This document shows positions 59,613-64,000 of a DNA stretch of 64,000 nt, piece by piece; positions within the stretch are counted from its first letter, which is position 1, and each line of letters starts with the position of its first letter. The position numbers and the translations under genes are program-made. The stretch comes from Minisyncoccota bacterium (lineage in GTDB: Bacteria > Patescibacteriota > Minisyncoccia > Phycocordibacterales > UBA9973), in assembly GCA_028718635.1 (NCBI GenBank), contig JAQULK010000001.1:479755-543754 (forward strand), read 5' to 3'. The notes under the pieces were generated by a model, which did no database searches, was not told the DNA's origin, and saw only the letters and a list, made by a program, of their open reading frames with translations.

Positions 59613-61079
59613 ATGAAATACGTTATCTATTGCAGAAAATCAACCGATACCGAGGACAGACAAGTCCAATCCCTAGAATCCCAAGAAAACGAGCTTAAAA
59701 GGCTCGCAGAGGCTCAAGGACTGCATGTTGTTGCTATCTTACATGAAAGTATGTCCGCCAAGTCAGAGGGTCGCCCTGTATTCAATAAAGTGTTAGAAAT
59801 GTTTATTAAAGGAAAAGTTGACGGTATTATTTGTTGGAAACTAGACCGCCTAGCTAGAAACTTTATTGACGGTGGACGAATTATTGATTTACTGCAAAAA
59901 TCTGTTATCAAAGAAATTCGCACTCCTGAAAGTATTTATTTACCCAATGATAATGTGTTAATGATTTCTATGCAGTTTGGAATGGCTAACCAATACAGCC
60001 GTGATTTGAGTATGAATGTTAAGCGTGGTCTTCGTACTAAACTTGAAAAGGGCGAATGGTTAAATAAGGCACCACTCGGATACTTGAATGATAAAATTGC
60101 ACACAAAATTATTATTGACCCAGTACGCAGTAAATATATTATCCGTGCTTTTGAACTTTTTACGACTGGAAAATACGGACACAAAGATATTTCTAATATT
60201 CTTTTTTCCGAGGGATTTAGAAGTAGTGGTAATTTACAAGTGCCAAAGTCGGCAATCCAAACGATTCTTTTAAATCCTTTTTATTGTGGTTTAATGAAAA
60301 CAGGCGGAAAAATTTATAACGGAAACCATACACCCATTATTTCTAAAGCTATTTATGATAAAGCCCAAGAGGTAATGCAAGAACGCCTACACCCAAGAAA
60401 GAAAACTTTACTATTTCCTGTTAGAGGTTTGATTAAATGTAGCGAGTGCGGTTGTATGTATACCGCTAGTAGAAAAAAAGGTCATGATTATTACTACTGC
60501 ACTAATGGCAAAGGCATTTGTACTTCTGATAAAAAATATTTGAGAGAAAATGATTTGTATAAAAAATTACTTCCTATTCTTGAAAAAGTTGCGTGGGATA
60601 AAGAAGAAATTGAGTTGTTATACCTTGCATCAAAAGAGGACATTAAATACGAAACTGGATACTTAAATAAAACTCTAGAAAATCTTAAACAAGAGGCAGT
60701 CGTTATTTTAGAACGCCAAGGCAAACTTCTTAATTTATATTTAGATGGCTCTATGTCTAAAGAATTATACGAGGAAAAAAATATCGCTATTGAAAATCAA
60801 AGAGTGTTATTAGCCAAGCAAATTTCTGAAATTGAGGACAAAACCCAAAAGGCAGTTTCTGCTTTGGAACCGACTAAAAAATTGTTTTTAGATTGTGTTG
60901 TATGGGCGAAAGAGTTTTTAACACTTCCACCAGAGAAAAAACAAAATATTGTCCACGAGATACTTTGGAACCTTAACATGAAAGAGAAAAATATCGTTGA
61001 TTACCAACTTAAAAGTCCGTATTCTGCTATCGCAAATTTACCTCAAAATGCTAATTTCCACGCAAGGCTGGGAGACTAG
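59613..61079 (+). CDS. Large serine recombinase (integrase)
   Basis: YCRKST catalytic Ser, DRLARN, PLGY, Zn ribbon CSECG/YYYC, coiled coil. Confidence 0.95.
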   Translation: MKYVIYCRKSTDTEDRQVQSLESQENELKRLAEAQGLHVVAILHESMSAKSEGRPVFNKVLEMFIKGKVDGIICWKLDRLARNFIDGGRIIDLLQKSVIKEIRTPESIYLPNDNVLMISMQFGMANQYSRDLSMNVKRGLRTKLEKGEWLNKAPLGYLNDKIAHKIIIDPVRSKYIIRAFELFTTGKYGHKDISNILFSEGFRSSGNLQVPKSAIQTILLNPFYCGLMKTGGKIYNGNHTPIISKAIYDKAQEVMQERLHPRKKTLLFPVRGLIKCSECGCMYTASRKKGHDYYYCTNGKGICTSDKKYLRENDLYKKLLPILEKVAWDKEEIELLYLASKEDIKYETGYLNKTLENLKQEAVVILERQGKLLNLYLDGSMSKELYEEKNIAIENQRVLLAKQISEIEDKTQKAVSALEPTKKLFLDCVVWAKEFLTLPPEKKQNIVHEILWNLNMKEKNIVDYQLKSPYSAIANLPQNANFHARLGD

Positions 61080-61138
61080 GAATCGGACCTAGATTAAAGG
61101 CTTCAAAGGCCTCTGTCCTACCGTTAGACGATCTCCCA
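61068..61138 (-). tRNA. tRNA-Gln(TTG)
   Basis: Minus strand TGGGAGA...gaggc-ctTTGaa-gcctt...TCTCCCA G; T-loop TCCGATT is slightly atypical. Confidence 0.92.
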
Positions 61139-61230
61139 ATATTTTTTAAACAACTTAGTTTATAACATAAATAATGAAAAAAATCTATATTATAGATATA
61201 AAATTAGGTTAAAATTTGACATATCACCAC

Positions 61231-61270
61231 AACCTAAAAACCACTTACAAAAGTAAGTGGTTTTTAGGTT
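61231..61270. terminator. Hairpin terminator
   Basis: aacctaaaaaccacttac-aaaa-gtaagtggtttttaggtt. Confidence 0.75.
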
Positions 61271-61285
61271 TAAAAAACAAAATTC

Positions 61286-61444
61286 TTACATCATCTTATC
61301 CTTTTTCATCAAACCCCAAATTACGCCGATGACTCCAAGCACTATCAAAACCCACATCCAAGTTGAAGAGAAGCTCATCATTAAACCGATGATACCTACT
61401 ACAGCTAAAATAATACCGACTACTAACAATGTTGTTTTGTTCAT
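61286..61444 (-). CDS. Small 2-TM protein (52 aa)
   Basis: Manual translation MNKTTLLVVGIILAVVGIIGLMMSFSSTWMWVLIVLGVIGVIWGLMKKDKMM, followed by a terminator. Confidence 0.65.
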   Translation of the reverse strand: MNKTTLLVVGIILAVVGIIGLMMSFSSTWMWVLIVLGVIGVIWGLMKKDKMM

Positions 61445-61572
61445 AATTCTTTTTTAAATAGCTACTTATAATCGACCTTTATCTTCTTTAATTTTATTAT
61501 GCACGAAAAAAATAATCAAACTAATTTTCCACATTTAATCAAAACACAAAATGATTTCAGCTTTTTCGAATT

Positions 61573-62607
61573 CTATTTTTGAATTATCTCCACTAATGCA
61601 AGCTCAAGGGGTAATTCGGAGACAAAGGCATTATCAATATTTTTATATGCTTCAAGCAACACAGCCAATGTAGAAGAATTAAATGCCTCTTTACCCACAC
61701 CTCTAATTAAATCTTTAAGAAATTCTAAATCTGTTTCTCCCAAATCCCCTATCATTTCTTTTTCTAATTTTGGCGCATAGCGCAGGATTATAGCCATGCG
61801 GAATTTCTGAATTATGAGTTTGAAATATAATTTCATATCTAAATTCGCTTCTCCGGCAATGCGCACAGCAGAGACTCCTTTCTCTAGATCCTTTTCCGCA
61901 ATGGCAAAAATAAAATCATTAACCAGAGTCGTCTTCGGCGCACCAGTTATCTTTTCCACATCTTCCCTTTTAATTTTTTTACTCTTGCTAAAATTGAGAA
62001 TCTTTTGCAATTCCCCTAAACCATCCCGAAACGATCCATCGGCTAAAATAGCCAAAAGTTCTGCTGAACCAGCATCTAATTCAAACCCCTCCAACTTCGC
62101 GACGTCCAGCAATAATTTTTTACATACCACGTCAGAAGCTTTTTTGAAAGTGAAAACCTGGCAACGAGAAATAATTGTCTCGGGAACCTTATGAAGTTCA
62201 GTCGTAGCCAAAATAAAAATAACATGTTTCGGAGGCTCTTCTAAGGTTTTTAATAGCGCACCCCAAGCATCCTTGGAAAGCATATGCACCTCATCTATAA
62301 TGTAAACTTTGTATTTCGAATCAAAAGGTAAAACTCGCACACCGTTACGAAGCTCTTTTATGTCTTCAATTCCTCTATTGGAAGCAGCATCGATTTCGTA
62401 AAGATCATTGGCGGACACTCCTATGCTCGTCGCAAAGATTCTAGCGAGAGAGGTCTTGCCAGTACCGCGTGAACCGACAAAAAGATACGCATGCGAAACT
62501 TTATTTGTCTCTACAGAACTTTCTAGTATTTTGACAATATGGTCTTGTCCTAAAACCTCTTTAAAAGTTTTGGGTCGGTATTTGCGATACAAGGCTAAAT
62601 CATGCAT
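61573..62607 (-). CDS. dnaX: DNA polymerase III gamma/tau (short form)
   Basis: LYRKYRP, GSRGTGKT, IDEVHML, LLKTLEEPP, ISRC. Confidence 0.96.
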   Translation of the reverse strand: MHDLALYRKYRPKTFKEVLGQDHIVKILESSVETNKVSHAYLFVGSRGTGKTSLARIFATSIGVSANDLYEIDAASNRGIEDIKELRNGVRVLPFDSKYKVYIIDEVHMLSKDAWGALLKTLEEPPKHVIFILATTELHKVPETIISRCQVFTFKKASDVVCKKLLLDVAKLEGFELDAGSAELLAILADGSFRDGLGELQKILNFSKSKKIKREDVEKITGAPKTTLVNDFIFAIAEKDLEKGVSAVRIAGEANLDMKLYFKLIIQKFRMAIILRYAPKLEKEMIGDLGETDLEFLKDLIRGVGKEAFNSSTLAVLLEAYKNIDNAFVSELPLELALVEIIQK

Positions 62608-62647
62608 AAGCTTACTATATCAAAATTTTTCCTGCCCTGCCATAGCT

Positions 62648-63670
62648 TTAGCGAAGGCGGGTTAGAAAATCATTGATTATTTTTTCAACTTGTTTGGCGT
62701 TTTCGGTTTCCATTAATTTTACTCGGAGTTCTTTGGCTCCATGAAAATCGTTTACGTATGCCTTAAAATGCTTTTTCATAACAGCGAAACTTTTATGTTT
62801 AGGTTTTGAAAGTTCTTTTTCAAAGAGCTGAGTATGTTCTACTAAAACTCCTAGCTTCTCTTTTGAACCTATTTCTCTTCCAGAGAAAAACCACGGATTG
62901 CCGAAAACTCCACGTCCGATCATTACTCCATCACAACCATACTTCAAAGCTTTTTCTTCTCCATCTTTTATATCTTTTATGTCTCCATTGCCAATGAGCA
63001 TCATGTCTTTCCCGCTTTTTTTGATAAGCTTCTTTATTTTTTTAATGTGACTCCAATCAACCGGAACAAGCGAAAGCTCTTTGACGGTGCGCAAATGAAT
63101 AGTGAGTGCAGAGATATCTTCTTTTAATAATTCGGGAATCCATTTGTCTATTTCTTCTTTAGAAAAACCAATTCTTGTTTTGACAGACACTGGAATAGAG
63201 AGACCCGCAGATTTAATGCCTACGTGCGCTGCTTGGATAATTTTTCTTGCGAGTTGTGGATTTTTAATTAATGCAGACCCCGCTCCTTGGCTTATTACGG
63301 ATTTATCCGGACAACCCATATTTATGTCTATCCCATCAAAACCAAGGCTGGCGACATACTGACAAGCAATCTTCATATTGTCGGGATTGGCGCCGAAAAC
63401 TTGAACCACGATCGGCCTCTCGCTTTCTTTGAATTTTAAAATGTGGGCTAATTTTTTTCTGGCAAATTTATTGGCAAGACCATCTGCTGAGACAAACTCT
63501 GTCCAAAAAACAACTCTATTTTTATTTTCTCTATTTTTACCATATTTTGAGAGTACCGTTCGAAAAGCTATATCCGTAACATCAGACATTGGAGCAAGAC
63601 AGAAAAATGGTTTTTTAAGATTTTTCCAGAAGTTTTTTTTATTGGAATTTATCATAAACTTTGTTTCCAA
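62648..63670 (-). CDS. tRNA-dihydrouridine synthase
   Basis: LAPM, DINMGCP, SVKTRIG, GNGD, MIGRG. Confidence 0.93.
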   Translation of the reverse strand: METKFMINSNKKNFWKNLKKPFFCLAPMSDVTDIAFRTVLSKYGKNRENKNRVVFWTEFVSADGLANKFARKKLAHILKFKESERPIVVQVFGANPDNMKIACQYVASLGFDGIDINMGCPDKSVISQGAGSALIKNPQLARKIIQAAHVGIKSAGLSIPVSVKTRIGFSKEEIDKWIPELLKEDISALTIHLRTVKELSLVPVDWSHIKKIKKLIKKSGKDMMLIGNGDIKDIKDGEEKALKYGCDGVMIGRGVFGNPWFFSGREIGSKEKLGVLVEHTQLFEKELSKPKHKSFAVMKKHFKAYVNDFHGAKELRVKLMETENAKQVEKIINDFLTRLR

Positions 63671-64000
63671 ATCTCAAGTCAATATATTCCAAGGTTGAAT
63701 ATTTATTTTTGAATTTTGATTTTAAAGGTTCTGTATCTAGGGCTGCTTGCAAATTTTCTGCAACATTCTGAAAATCTGCATCTGCTTTAAGGATTATTTT
63801 TGGCTCTGTTCCAGATGAATTCTTGCCTGAAAGAAATACTTGCAGGTCTCCATCGTTTGTCGCATACATAGCTATGGGCTTCAACCCCATGCCGACCAGG
63901 ACGTCTCTAAATAAAATTAATTGCTTAAAATTTTGCTTGGAAAAATAAGATTCTGACTGGGTACCATAAAATTTAAAATAAACATTTCCAGAAAAATATG
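63639..64000 (-). CDS. FtsQ/DivIB-like protein, C-terminal part (5' end off window)
   Basis: LEYIDLRFGNKVY C-terminal motif. Confidence 0.6.
   Translation of the reverse strand, partial: YFSGNVYFKFYGTQSESYFSKQNFKQLILFRDVLVGMGLKPIAMYATNDGDLQVFLSGKNSSGTEPKIILKADADFQNVAENLQAALDTEPLKSKFKNKYSTLEYIDLRFGNKVYDKFQ

Larger units (their letters stand above)
56125..61072. mobile_element. ~4.9-kb integrative Rep/serine-recombinase element in the tRNA-Gln 3' end
   Basis: GGCTGGG direct repeat at 56125-56131 and 61066-61072; rep and recombinase inside; recombinase reads into the tRNA. Confidence 0.72.

Noticed and set aside
61573-62607. Short DnaX lacking the Zn-cysteine cluster as a pseudogene
   Set aside because: ORF is intact with all AAA+ motifs; a compact form is plausible in a reduced genome

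Overview
Low-GC bacterial chromosome segment. Gene content and style suggest Patescibacteria/Parcubacteria (CPR); this is an inference, not a database result. From left to right: (1) housekeeping and cell-envelope genes, 1-19.7 kb (priA, mreB, holB-like, frr, rseP, ddl, alr, rpmG, tRNA-Trp, xer recombinase with a 28-bp dif-like site near where gene orientation flips, rpmA, rplI, S41 protease, mltG, pbp2); (2) a ~25-kb near-complete de novo purine cluster (purB C M E H, guaA, guaB, purA, purD N F Q L; no purK seen), interleaved with three paralogous ~580-aa Cys-rich proteins and a Fic toxin/antitoxin pair, followed by a TrmB-type regulator; (3) small accessory genes; (4) a three-gene operon, DGQHR protein + HEPN-like protein + N6-adenine methyltransferase, a candidate undescribed defence system; (5) a ~4.9-kb integrative element (rolling-circle Rep with a dso-like hairpin, serine recombinase) in the 3' end of tRNA-Gln, whose integrase C-terminus appears to be swapped by integration; (6) dnaX, dus and a partial ftsQ-like gene. 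The window also carries several families of palindromic repeats. One is a 111-bp structured element in 6 copies; many repeats sit in frame inside conserved enzymes.
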